64,000 bases of DNA from Myxococcota bacterium. GTDB taxonomy: Bacteria; Myxococcota_A; Polyangia; Nannocystales; Nannocystaceae. Shown here piece by piece: positions 55,951 to 64,000 of the stretch (positions are counted from its first letter, which is position 1; the number at the start of each line of letters is the position of its first letter). The stretch covers positions 96,001 to 160,000 of the forward strand of contig JBCCHT010000024.1 in the NCBI GenBank assembly GCA_039028615.1. The letters are read 5' to 3'. The translations under genes and the position numbers were made by a program. The notes below the pieces were generated by a model, which was not told where the DNA came from, did not search any database, and was given only the letters and a program-made list of their open reading frames with translations.

Positions 55951-56550
55951 ATGAAGATCTCGATGATGTTCCCGACCCTCTTGGCCTGTACCGCGCTCGT
56001 GGGCTGTACGGAGCCCGGCTCCACCCCGGCCGCCAGCTTCGAGGGCGAGGGGTGGATCGACACCAGCCCGCCCGGCCCCCCGAGCCCCAAGCCGCCGATC
56101 GCTGGCGGTGAAGACGAGGACGACGACGAAGGAGAAGGCGGCGTCGAAGCGTTCTGGACGATCTACGGGACCTACGCCAACGGCACCTACAGCGAAGTCG
56201 GGGGCGAGTTCTTCGCCGAAGACGCGCTGCAGGAGCTGTGTGGCCTGTCCTTTCCCGTCACCGTGGTCGAGACCCTGGACAGCTGCAGCGAGTGCACCGC
56301 GGCGTGGACCTTCGAGTTCGGGGAGGCTGAGCGCGAGATCGACAACGCGGGCGGCTGCAACACTTATGGCCCCTCCCAGGTCGCTGGCCTTCGCTTTTCA
56401 TTGGGGATCACCTCCGACAACCTGCTCCTGCGCGATCGAGGCGATGGCTGGGAGGAGTTCGGCGAGTCCTTCGTCGAGGAGGGCGAGCTCATCCTGGAGT
56501 GGTTCGAGGGCGAAGAGGGCGAAGGGGGCGAAGACGAAGACGGGGAGTGA
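55951..56550 (+). CDS. Acidic lipoprotein, hypothetical
   Basis: GAGGGAG RBS; lipobox LVGC; CSEC motif; very Glu-rich. Confidence 0.8.
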   Translation: MKISMMFPTLLACTALVGCTEPGSTPAASFEGEGWIDTSPPGPPSPKPPIAGGEDEDDDEGEGGVEAFWTIYGTYANGTYSEVGGEFFAEDALQELCGLSFPVTVVETLDSCSECTAAWTFEFGEAEREIDNAGGCNTYGPSQVAGLRFSLGITSDNLLLRDRGDGWEEFGESFVEEGELILEWFEGEEGEGGEDEDGE

Positions 56551-56559
56551 GCCGCGCGC

Positions 56560-57879
56560 TCATGCATGGTAGGCGTCGAAGGGCACGATGCCCGGCATCC
56601 AGTCCTCGGAGTCGACGCCGACCAGCTGGAGGATGCCTGCCCCGAGGTGCTCGAAGCTCAGCACATCCCCGTGGTCGTCGACCTTCCCGGTGGCGAAGTC
56701 GACGGGCCGCGCGTCGAAGGTATCGTCGGTGGTGCCTCCGTAGGTTCCTCCGCCCGTCTTCACGCCGGCCCCCATCACGATGGCGCTGTTGATCGGCCAG
56801 TGGCTCTTGCCCGCCAGCTCGTTGCGCTTGGGAGTGCGGGTGAAATCGGAGGTGACCATCAAGACCGTTTGTTCCCATAGGCCTGCGGCATCGAGCTGCT
56901 CGGCCAGGTGCCCGAGCGTGTCGAACAGGCCCTCGAACGCCGCGTGCTGCTCGATGTTGTCCTGATGGGTATCGAAGGTCTCGCCGCCGCTGAGTAGGAC
57001 CGACTGGCAGGCATCGGCCGCGAGTAGCTCGGCGGTGAGGAGCGCGAGGTCGGCCGCGTCGGGGTGCTGCCCCAGCCGCAGGCTCTGCTGGAACTGCGGA
57101 GAAAACTCGATGAGTCGGGAGGCACGGTCTCGGGCTTCGTCCCAGTCGTCCATCATGGCGACATCGTGCTCGGTCGTGCCGCCCCGCGCGTTGCGGAGCG
57201 CAGCCCCGCGGGCGGCGAGATACTCCTCGTTGGCGTCGATGTCGTGGTCCGAGAGCAGGTACTGCGGGTAGGTGAAGCCGGCGTCGTCGGGCGCGGGATA
57301 GGCCCGCGTGCGGTCGACCAGCATGCGTAGCTGAGACTGGTAGCCGATGCGACCCGAGCTCGCGGCGAGGGGCCCGAAGATGCCCGAGCCGCCCGCGTCG
57401 ACGTAGCCGAGGGGGAGCTGGGAGCCCAGGACCGAGCCCGTGATCGCGCCGACGTCGGGCCGAGCGTTGACCCGGCTCCCCGAGAGCATGCGCGCCCGAG
57501 CGACGCCGTGGGCGATCGCGTCGACTCGGATGCCGTTGATGATCGCCAGCCGGTCGTGCCAGCGCTCGAAGAACGCATCGACCGAAGGACGAACGACCGG
57601 GTTGCTGGCGATGGTGATGCCGCCGTAGGTCGCGAGCCCTTCGTCGTCGGGATAGTCGACCTCGGGCCCCTCGATCTGCGGCGCGCCGAGCTTCGGGTCC
57701 ATGCAGAAGGTCACGTCCCAGCCGCCCTGGGCCATGACGATGACGAGTTTCTTCGCGGGTTGGCCCCCGGAGACCCCCGGTCGGATTCGCGACGCGTGGG
57801 AGGAGGGGATGAGTCGTCCGCCCGCGGCGGCCAGGGTTGCCGCTACGCCACCGAGCAGAATGGAGCGTCGTTGGAGCAT
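56560..57879 (-). CDS. DUF1501 family Tat-exported protein
   Basis: Tat signal QRRSILLG; GGWD..F..DP; AIAH; FDTH; TSDFTRTP; HWP; MGAGV. Confidence 0.9.
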   Translation of the reverse strand: MLQRRSILLGGVAATLAAAGGRLIPSSHASRIRPGVSGGQPAKKLVIVMAQGGWDVTFCMDPKLGAPQIEGPEVDYPDDEGLATYGGITIASNPVVRPSVDAFFERWHDRLAIINGIRVDAIAHGVARARMLSGSRVNARPDVGAITGSVLGSQLPLGYVDAGGSGIFGPLAASSGRIGYQSQLRMLVDRTRAYPAPDDAGFTYPQYLLSDHDIDANEEYLAARGAALRNARGGTTEHDVAMMDDWDEARDRASRLIEFSPQFQQSLRLGQHPDAADLALLTAELLAADACQSVLLSGGETFDTHQDNIEQHAAFEGLFDTLGHLAEQLDAAGLWEQTVLMVTSDFTRTPKRNELAGKSHWPINSAIVMGAGVKTGGGTYGGTTDDTFDARPVDFATGKVDDHGDVLSFEHLGAGILQLVGVDSEDWMPGIVPFDAYHA

Positions 57880-57898
57880 GAGTCGTGTCCTGGTGGGC

Positions 57899-59677
57899 CT
57901 AGTAGAAGGTGAGGTGAGGGTCCTGGAGCATGGCGGAGAGGGTGACGATCCACGCCTCTTGCACGGCGCCCGACTTTTCTCGGAGGGCGGCCTCGAACAG
58001 AGCCCAGCTGAGATCCACCGCTTCGGAGCCGGGGCCGACCGTCTCCCCGTACAGGCGGAGGTGTAGCGGGACCAGCTGGGCTCGGATCGCCGCTTCGCTC
58101 GACTCGGAGGCATCGACGAGGTCGAGCAACGGCTGACCTTCGCCGGGCCCCTGGCCCAGGTCGCGGCTCACCACGAAGGCCGCGGCCTCGTTGGCCAGCG
58201 CATTCACGACGAGGGAGCGCACTGGCATCGGTGAATAGACCGGCTCGGTGACGAGCGCGGAATCGATGCCTCCCGCCATGGCTCGAAAGCCGGCTCGATC
58301 GACGAGCGAAAGGTCGGCGATCGCCTTGCAGCCGCTCACCCCGGCCGAGCACGACACACCTTCGTGGCGGATGAGCCAGCGGAAGCCGGTCAGGTCGGCG
58401 ATGGTGCGGGCGTATTGTTCGGGGCGGGCGGCGAGCAAGCCGATTCGGGCGCTCGTGCCCTCGTCGTTCTCGGCTTGGTATTCGTCCGAGAGCGCGAACC
58501 GACGGACCAACGCTCGGGGGCGGTATTCGGCCTCGATCAGCACGTCGCGATACTCGGCCACCAGCTCCGACGGCACCGCGTCTCGCTCCATCTGGGCCAA
58601 GTAGGCGTACACGGTGCGGGCGACACAATCGGCGAAGCGAGGATCCGCGGCGATGTGTTGGCCCAGGTCTTCGAGTGACTCGGATGGCTTGCCGAAGTAG
58701 CCGGGCCCTCGTAGGCCGGTGTCCTGCCATTCGTCGGCGCGCTCGGGCAGGAACATGGGCGGATGCTCTCCGTCGCCGCTGGGCCCGAACGCGGCGGTGT
58801 ATTCGCGACGGTACAGAGCCTTGAAGATCGACAGGTGAGCGGCGAGCGGGTCCAGGGGCTCATGGCAGGACACGCACGCGGGGTCGTTGTTCACCGCATC
58901 AGCGATCGCCTCGTGATCGGACAGGTCGACGTTCCCGTCGATGGGCACGTTGGCCGAGCTGAAGTCGACGCACAGGAAGGTGCTCGAGATCAGGTTGGCG
59001 CGGGTGCGGTTGGCGTTGGTGTCCATGGTGACCCAGCGATGCCAGAGCGAGGAGTGGCTGAGCAGACCCGCGGTGGGGCGACCGTCGCCCCATGTGGTCT
59101 CGATCCACTCGTCGTCCGAAGCGCCGCCCTCCCAGGGGATGTCGAACGCTGCGGCCAGGACCCGGTTGGCGAGAATCGTCTCGGAGGTGACCATCTCGGT
59201 CACGGGGCGATCCTCGAGGAAGATGCGCTCGATCATGCGGAGGGGGGCATCCGCGACCGCTTCGTTGATTCGGTCGAAACGCTCGGTCCACGGGGCCAAG
59301 GGCCCGGCCGGGGCGAGGGCGGTGGCCTTGGTGATGTCCTGGCGGGTCCGAAGCTGCTCGGACCACATGTCCTTGACGGTCTCGCCGAACTCCGGCGACT
59401 GGAGGTACTCATCGACGAGCGCTTCGAGTGCGTCGGGATCCGCCGCCACGCGTTCGAACTCGGCGAGGGTGGGGTGCGTGCCCCGGATCGCCATGGACGC
59501 GCGAAGGAGCTGCACGGCGGGGTCGAGGCGGGCGACGGGCTCCCCGCCCGCGTCGTCGGAGCCTCCATCGGCATCGCCGTCGGCGGCCGCGTCCTGAGGC
59601 GAAGGGTCTCCGCATCCCGGGAGGGCAGCGGCCAGGGCCAGCAGCGTCGCAAAGCCGATCGAAAGGGGGCGTCTCAT
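57899..59677 (-). CDS. CxxCH lipoprotein partner of DUF1501 (DUF1549/DUF1585-related)
   Basis: Lipobox LPGC; LRASMAIRGTHP; ANRTRAN....FLC; ACVSCHEPLDPLA; DPRFADC; QDPHLTFY. Confidence 0.82.
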   Translation of the reverse strand: MRRPLSIGFATLLALAAALPGCGDPSPQDAAADGDADGGSDDAGGEPVARLDPAVQLLRASMAIRGTHPTLAEFERVAADPDALEALVDEYLQSPEFGETVKDMWSEQLRTRQDITKATALAPAGPLAPWTERFDRINEAVADAPLRMIERIFLEDRPVTEMVTSETILANRVLAAAFDIPWEGGASDDEWIETTWGDGRPTAGLLSHSSLWHRWVTMDTNANRTRANLISSTFLCVDFSSANVPIDGNVDLSDHEAIADAVNNDPACVSCHEPLDPLAAHLSIFKALYRREYTAAFGPSGDGEHPPMFLPERADEWQDTGLRGPGYFGKPSESLEDLGQHIAADPRFADCVARTVYAYLAQMERDAVPSELVAEYRDVLIEAEYRPRALVRRFALSDEYQAENDEGTSARIGLLAARPEQYARTIADLTGFRWLIRHEGVSCSAGVSGCKAIADLSLVDRAGFRAMAGGIDSALVTEPVYSPMPVRSLVVNALANEAAAFVVSRDLGQGPGEGQPLLDLVDASESSEAAIRAQLVPLHLRLYGETVGPGSEAVDLSWALFEAALREKSGAVQEAWIVTLSAMLQDPHLTFY

Positions 59678-59835
59678 ACGGGAGGTCCTCTCGACTACTC
59701 GAGGGGGAGTCGCCCGGCACCGATCGATCACTGTGGCGCACAAAAATCTCGATTCGATGAGCGAGCGGGGGCGTGGAGCCACAGCTCCGAGGGCGCTGGA
59801 CCCGAGCGCGGAGTCCATCGGCTACACTGGGATCG

Positions 59836-60495
59836 ATGCGTCGATGGTGGGCGTGCCGAGTGCTCTTCGGAGGGGTCATCGCGGGGGCCTGTGCTCCTCG
59901 ATCCGCGACTGAACCCGAGCCCGTCTCACCCTCGGCCCCACGCGTGCCCGATATCTCGCAGGGCGAAGCGGCGCCGGAGCTGAGCGTGTCGCCGATCGAG
60001 AGCGAGGAGGTCACCTTGGCCGACCTTCCTGCGCCCCCGCGGGCCGAGGCCGAGCCTCACCTCTCCAACTTGCCGCGCCCGCCGACCTCGAAGAGGGCTT
60101 CGTCGAACGCGGACCTGCCTCCTCCCTCCGAGGCGTCGCGCCGCCCCGAGCCCGCGGCGCCCACCGAGCTCTATGGTGATCCCAAGGGGTGGTCGGACCG
60201 GCCCGCGCGGCCGTCTTGGGCGACCGAGTTCATGGCCGCGCTCAATGCCATGGACTTTCCGGAGACGGCGGGTGAACCGGTCGACGTGCAGTTCACGCTG
60301 CGGGTCTGCAAGGACGGGTCGCTCGTGCCTCGTCTCATCGGTGGAGAGGGGCTCGCCTCCGTCCATGCCGAGCTCATGAAACAGCTCGCCGCGACGACCG
60401 TGCCGGCTCCATCACCTTCGGTTCAGGCGAAGATGAAGAGCGACTGTGCCAAGCTCGACCACGTCTTTCGGTGGACGGGCGCCGAGATTCGCTGA
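59836..60495 (+). CDS. Pro-rich lipoprotein with a TonB-C-like terminal domain
   Basis: Lipobox AGAC; Pro-rich linker; VDVQFTLRVCKDGSL...PAPS. Confidence 0.65.
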   Translation: MRRWWACRVLFGGVIAGACAPRSATEPEPVSPSAPRVPDISQGEAAPELSVSPIESEEVTLADLPAPPRAEAEPHLSNLPRPPTSKRASSNADLPPPSEASRRPEPAAPTELYGDPKGWSDRPARPSWATEFMAALNAMDFPETAGEPVDVQFTLRVCKDGSLVPRLIGGEGLASVHAELMKQLAATTVPAPSPSVQAKMKSDCAKLDHVFRWTGAEIR

Positions 60496-60609
60496 GATGG
60501 CGGCCCACGTCGCGTGACTCGGAGCATCGACCGGCGCCGCCGATCTCGTTCAAGAGCGACGGCAGCTTCTCTTCGTATCGAGCTGGCCGGGCGCTATCAT
60601 GGAGTCCGT

Positions 60610-61917
60610 TTGGTTGCTCCGCGCACAACGAAGACCGGGGCGATCGCCACGATGCTGGCGGCCGGCTGTGCCCATGGGGTCGTGGCGAAGGAGTACGACG
60701 CTTGCGCGGAGCTTCCCGCCGAGACCGCCGCCGCGCAGCTGGGGGTGACGCTGCATCCGCCCGCACCTTCGGCCTTTGATCCGAAGGCGGCGGCGAGCTT
60801 CTCCGCGGCGCCTCCGTGGGAGTGGGGGCAGCCCCGGGTCTACCCGCGGGACTACGGCTTCGACTACGGCACGCTGGGAGCCGCGGACGGCGTGCGGGCG
60901 GATACGCCGCTATGGTGCGAGATCGAGTTCCATCGTCGCGCGCGGAAGGGCTTGTTCTCCGCCGATCCACTGACGCGGGTCGACCTCTCGGTGGTCTATG
61001 CGGTCGGCGATGACATTCCCGTGCTGCGTCAGCGGGCGGCAAAGCGCACGGAGTGGGTCCGTATTCTCGACTCGACCCACCGCTTCGAGTCTACCGACAC
61101 CCTGCGTTTCGCGATCACCGACATCGACGTGCTCGAACGCTGGGGGTTCCCCGCGACCGACGACATCGCATCGTTCAGCCTCGAGCACGGGCAGTCGTTG
61201 TCGGCGAGCACGGGGGTGCAATGGCGAGGCACGACCACGCTTCGTTGCCGCCATCTCGATCCTGCGCAGGCCGAAGCCGCCTACGACGACACCCTGGCCC
61301 TGTTCGATCGGGAGCTGCAGGCGTTTCGCCCCCGCTACGATTTCGAAGGCTACGGCGTGGGGCTGCAGGACAGCGGCATGGGGCACCTGCGCGTCCTGTT
61401 GCGGCGCGCCGCATCGCTCGGCCACGGCTGGGACGACCCGGAGCTCCTGGCGCGGTCGGAGAGATTGCTCGACCGTCAGCAATGCTTCGAACAGGCGGTG
61501 GTGGAGCCTCTGCGTCGAAAGACGCGGCGAATCTCTCGCGATCGACCGCTTCGTGGGTTGCGCCTCGGCCACGCGAGCGCGCTGCAGTGTGCGGACCCCG
61601 AACAGGCCCCGGGTGATCGCTGGCCGTCGGGGCGCTGCGAGTTCGACCTGTCGGTCCGTGTTCCCGCCGACGGGGCCCCGACGCGAGCCGGGGTCATCGC
61701 AGGGGCGGTCGTGGTGCTGGCCGGGGGGCGAGAAGTGAACGCGTGGCCCATCGATCCGCCCGAGGTGCAGCCCGGGACCGAAGCCGTCGTCCGCATGCGG
61801 CTCGAGCCCAGCGTGACCGAGGCGGTACCCCTGACCACGCCGGTCATGCTGCGCTGGCGACGGGATCGGCTCTTCGGGGATACGCTGGTGCGCTCGTGGC
61901 CGATCCAACCCCGGTGA
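60610..61917 (+). CDS. Hypothetical lipoprotein
   Basis: TTG start after GGAG; lipobox LAAGC; long ORF (track ORF 60514..61917). Confidence 0.6.
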   Translation: MVAPRTTKTGAIATMLAAGCAHGVVAKEYDACAELPAETAAAQLGVTLHPPAPSAFDPKAAASFSAAPPWEWGQPRVYPRDYGFDYGTLGAADGVRADTPLWCEIEFHRRARKGLFSADPLTRVDLSVVYAVGDDIPVLRQRAAKRTEWVRILDSTHRFESTDTLRFAITDIDVLERWGFPATDDIASFSLEHGQSLSASTGVQWRGTTTLRCRHLDPAQAEAAYDDTLALFDRELQAFRPRYDFEGYGVGLQDSGMGHLRVLLRRAASLGHGWDDPELLARSERLLDRQQCFEQAVVEPLRRKTRRISRDRPLRGLRLGHASALQCADPEQAPGDRWPSGRCEFDLSVRVPADGAPTRAGVIAGAVVVLAGGREVNAWPIDPPEVQPGTEAVVRMRLEPSVTEAVPLTTPVMLRWRRDRLFGDTLVRSWPIQPR

Positions 61918-61932
61918 CGGCACGACCCTCCG

Positions 61933-62376
61933 TCAATACGGGCAGTGGGCGGTGCGCGGCTGGACCCCGGGCTCGAGGCAGTAGGTCTCCGCTTCCCGTC
62001 GGTCGGTGGCGACGCCCACCCAGCCGTTCTCACCCGCCCGCAGCTCGAGGGTCCGAACTTCGTCGATCGGACCATGCAGCGCTTCGACCGTGTAGGAGCC
62101 TGCAGGTAGGCCTTCGAAAGCGAAGCGACCCTCGTCGTCGGTCATGATCTCGTGCTGCTCTTCGAAGCAGGAGCAGGTCAGGAGCACGAGTCCCGAACCG
62201 AGCGGCGTGCCCTGGCGCGAGTCGATGAGCTGGCCCGAGATTCGCCCCGGGTCGCGACCGACATGCAGGACACTGTCGGGGTCGGGCGTACCGGGGGTCC
62301 GCACGGGGTCCGGCAACAGTGGCGTGGCGCATGCGAGCCCGAGGCAGCCTACGAGCACGGTCCATCGGGGGAGCAC
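61933..62376 (-). CDS. Carboxypeptidase-regulatory-like domain lipoprotein
   Basis: Lipobox GLAC; ISGQLIDS..G.PL...TDDEGRFAFEGLPAGSYTVEA. Confidence 0.8.
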   Translation of the reverse strand: MLPRWTVLVGCLGLACATPLLPDPVRTPGTPDPDSVLHVGRDPGRISGQLIDSRQGTPLGSGLVLLTCSCFEEQHEIMTDDEGRFAFEGLPAGSYTVEALHGPIDEVRTLELRAGENGWVGVATDRREAETYCLEPGVQPRTAHCPY

Positions 62377-62700
62377 GGGATCAATGGTAGTCGGTCGACG
62401 CTCCGCTGCCGCGGGGTCGCGCGGTCCTTGGGATGAATTGCCTGCCAACGCAGGCCGGGCGCGGTGGCGTGGGGTTTCGCGGTGATCTTCGGGGCGTTTG
62501 CGCCTGCGCCGAGTTCGGAGGCCAGCGTCGACTGAGTGATCGGTCACGCCGGCGCAGACGTTTGCCCGCGGGACGTTGTTGGGGGACCGCGCGAACGCGC
62601 AGCTCGACTGTGCGGCGGCGGACCGAACCTTCGGTGCGCTTGCTCTGCCACACATCGGAGGCCCTCAATCACCGCCTGCATTTTGGCTATGCTCCGGCCG

Positions 62701-63306
62701 ATGCGTTCGATCGTCGCGTTCTACGGGGACCTCAACTGCCCGTTTTGCTTCGCCACGAACGAGCGTCTTCATGCCCTCGGGGTGGCCGACAAGGTGGAGT
62801 GGCGCGGGCTTCAGCACGAGCCCTACCTGCCCATCCCCGCGCGACCCACCGAGCGTTCGACCCGAGAGCTCGCCGAAGAGATCGAGCGACTTCGAGTCCG
62901 CGCCCCGGACATCGAGATCCGCGTGCCGTCGTTTCGACCCAATAGCGGCCCGGCCACGGCCTTGGTCGCGGCGCTCGCCCGCGACAAACCCCGCCTGGCT
63001 CGAGCGCTGCGCCGAGTGACCTTCCGGGCGCTGTGGCTCGAGTCGAAGGACATCTCCCAGCGCGAGGTGCTCGAGGCTGCGCTCGCGGAGGTCGGGGGCC
63101 GATGGCCGGTGTGGAACTCCCCCGCGTCGTTGATGGCGCAGTGGCAGGAAGAGTGGGAGCAGGGGCCCTTCGATCGTCGCATCCCCGCGCTTCGCACGGG
63201 CAGCGGCGGCCTGCATCTCGGCTTGCAGGACCCCGAGGCCCTGTTCGCGCTCATCGAGAGCGACCGCAACTCGGCTGCGACTGACGACGTCTGCGAGCCT
63301 CGCTGA
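62701..63306 (+). CDS. DsbA/FrnE-like thioredoxin-fold protein
   Basis: FYGDLNCPFC; PNS; FRALWLESKDI; IPAL; LGLQ. Confidence 0.88.
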   Translation: MRSIVAFYGDLNCPFCFATNERLHALGVADKVEWRGLQHEPYLPIPARPTERSTRELAEEIERLRVRAPDIEIRVPSFRPNSGPATALVAALARDKPRLARALRRVTFRALWLESKDISQREVLEAALAEVGGRWPVWNSPASLMAQWQEEWEQGPFDRRIPALRTGSGGLHLGLQDPEALFALIESDRNSAATDDVCEPR

Positions 63307-63316
63307 ACGGAGGTGC

Positions 63317-64000
63317 TCAGCCCTGAGCGGGAGGCTCGGCTGCGGCCGCGCCGTTGGATTGAGCCGCGGCGAGCTTGGGCACCTTGCGGACGTAGGCGAG
63401 CGCCCGAAGGACCCGCACGGCCCATAGCGCGGCCGGCATCAGCAGCAGCGCCACCAAGGGCACCAGCACTAGATCGGAAGGGCTCGGCACCGCCGTGTGA
63501 TCGCCCGTGTTGCCCATCACCAGAATGATGAGCGTGCCGTACAGCCAGGGCACCACGAGGATCCAGATGACCGCGACACCTCCGCGCAGCCACAGGCTTC
63601 CGACGTCGCGGAAGCTCTGGCCCTCGTGGAAGCGCGCCCGCAGGATCTTGTGCGTGGTGCCCAGAAACGAGATGGCGGCGGCGAGGTAGACGGCCAGGCA
63701 CATCACCACCAACAGCAGCGCGCCGCCCAAGGTGCCGTACAGGACCCACGGCGAGGCATCCGCGAGCAGGATGTAGAACACCCTGAGCAGGGTGTAGTTC
63801 ATCAGCACTTCGATGAACGGTTCGATGGCGAGGGCCAAGAAGAACCCGGTCACGAAGATCACCCCGAAGGCGATGCCCAGGTAGGGCAGCAGCACCTTGA
63901 GCTCGGCGGTGATGGTCTTGGTGGCGCGCGCGACGATGCCCTCACCGCCGCCCTGAGCCGCATGCACGGGGGCCATGGCGATGGTGACGAGGGTCTCCCG
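63317..64000 (-). CDS. Multi-pass membrane protein, 3' part (frame open to the window end)
   Basis: Four or more hydrophobic helices; no stop between 64000 and the ATG at 63976. Confidence 0.7.
   Translation of the reverse strand, partial: RETLVTIAMAPVHAAQGGGEGIVARATKTITAELKVLLPYLGIAFGVIFVTGFFLALAIEPFIEVLMNYTLLRVFYILLADASPWVLYGTLGGALLLVVMCLAVYLAAAISFLGTTHKILRARFHEGQSFRDVGSLWLRGGVAVIWILVVPWLYGTLIILVMGNTGDHTAVPSPSDLVLVPLVALLLMPAALWAVRVLRALAYVRKVPKLAAAQSNGAAAAEPPAQG

Noticed and set aside
1..64000. Mobile elements, prophage, tRNA/rRNA and anti-phage defence genes
   Set aside because: No transposase, integrase, phage or recognisable defence motifs and no RNA gene signatures were seen by eye. 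A covariance-model search would be needed to exclude small RNAs.

Overview
High-GC bacterial DNA. The gene repertoire points by inference to Myxococcota, probably Nannocystaceae: five kinase-TM-TPR Ser/Thr kinases, ECF sigma factors, about 20 acidic or Cys-rich lipoproteins, and DUF1592/DUF1552 and DUF1501 modules. About 53 CDSs are supportable. I found no rRNA, tRNA, CRISPR array or mobile element. Main observations: (1) A convergent Crp regulator and MBL-fold hydrolase carry the same TGTGAA-N4-TTCATA box exactly 34 nt before their start codons, each followed by a -10 hexamer placed for leaderless transcription. This is a candidate cyclic-nucleotide feedback circuit. (2) A divergent iron locus with two Fur boxes pairs a large His-studded Kelch lipoprotein with an operon of two HmuY proteins, a TonB receptor and two unknown lipoproteins. 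(3) At least 11 genes show a TANNNT-N6/7-start leaderless layout. (4) The paralogous kinases abut different candidate outputs (ECFs, Crp, a small alarmone hydrolase, small unknown proteins). (5) Two CxxCH-lipoprotein plus Tat-enzyme modules converge tail to tail. (6) Several proteins carry eukaryote-like domains (thrombospondin C-terminal domain, plant-type methionine gamma-lyase). All family assignments come from motif recognition by eye, not database searches.
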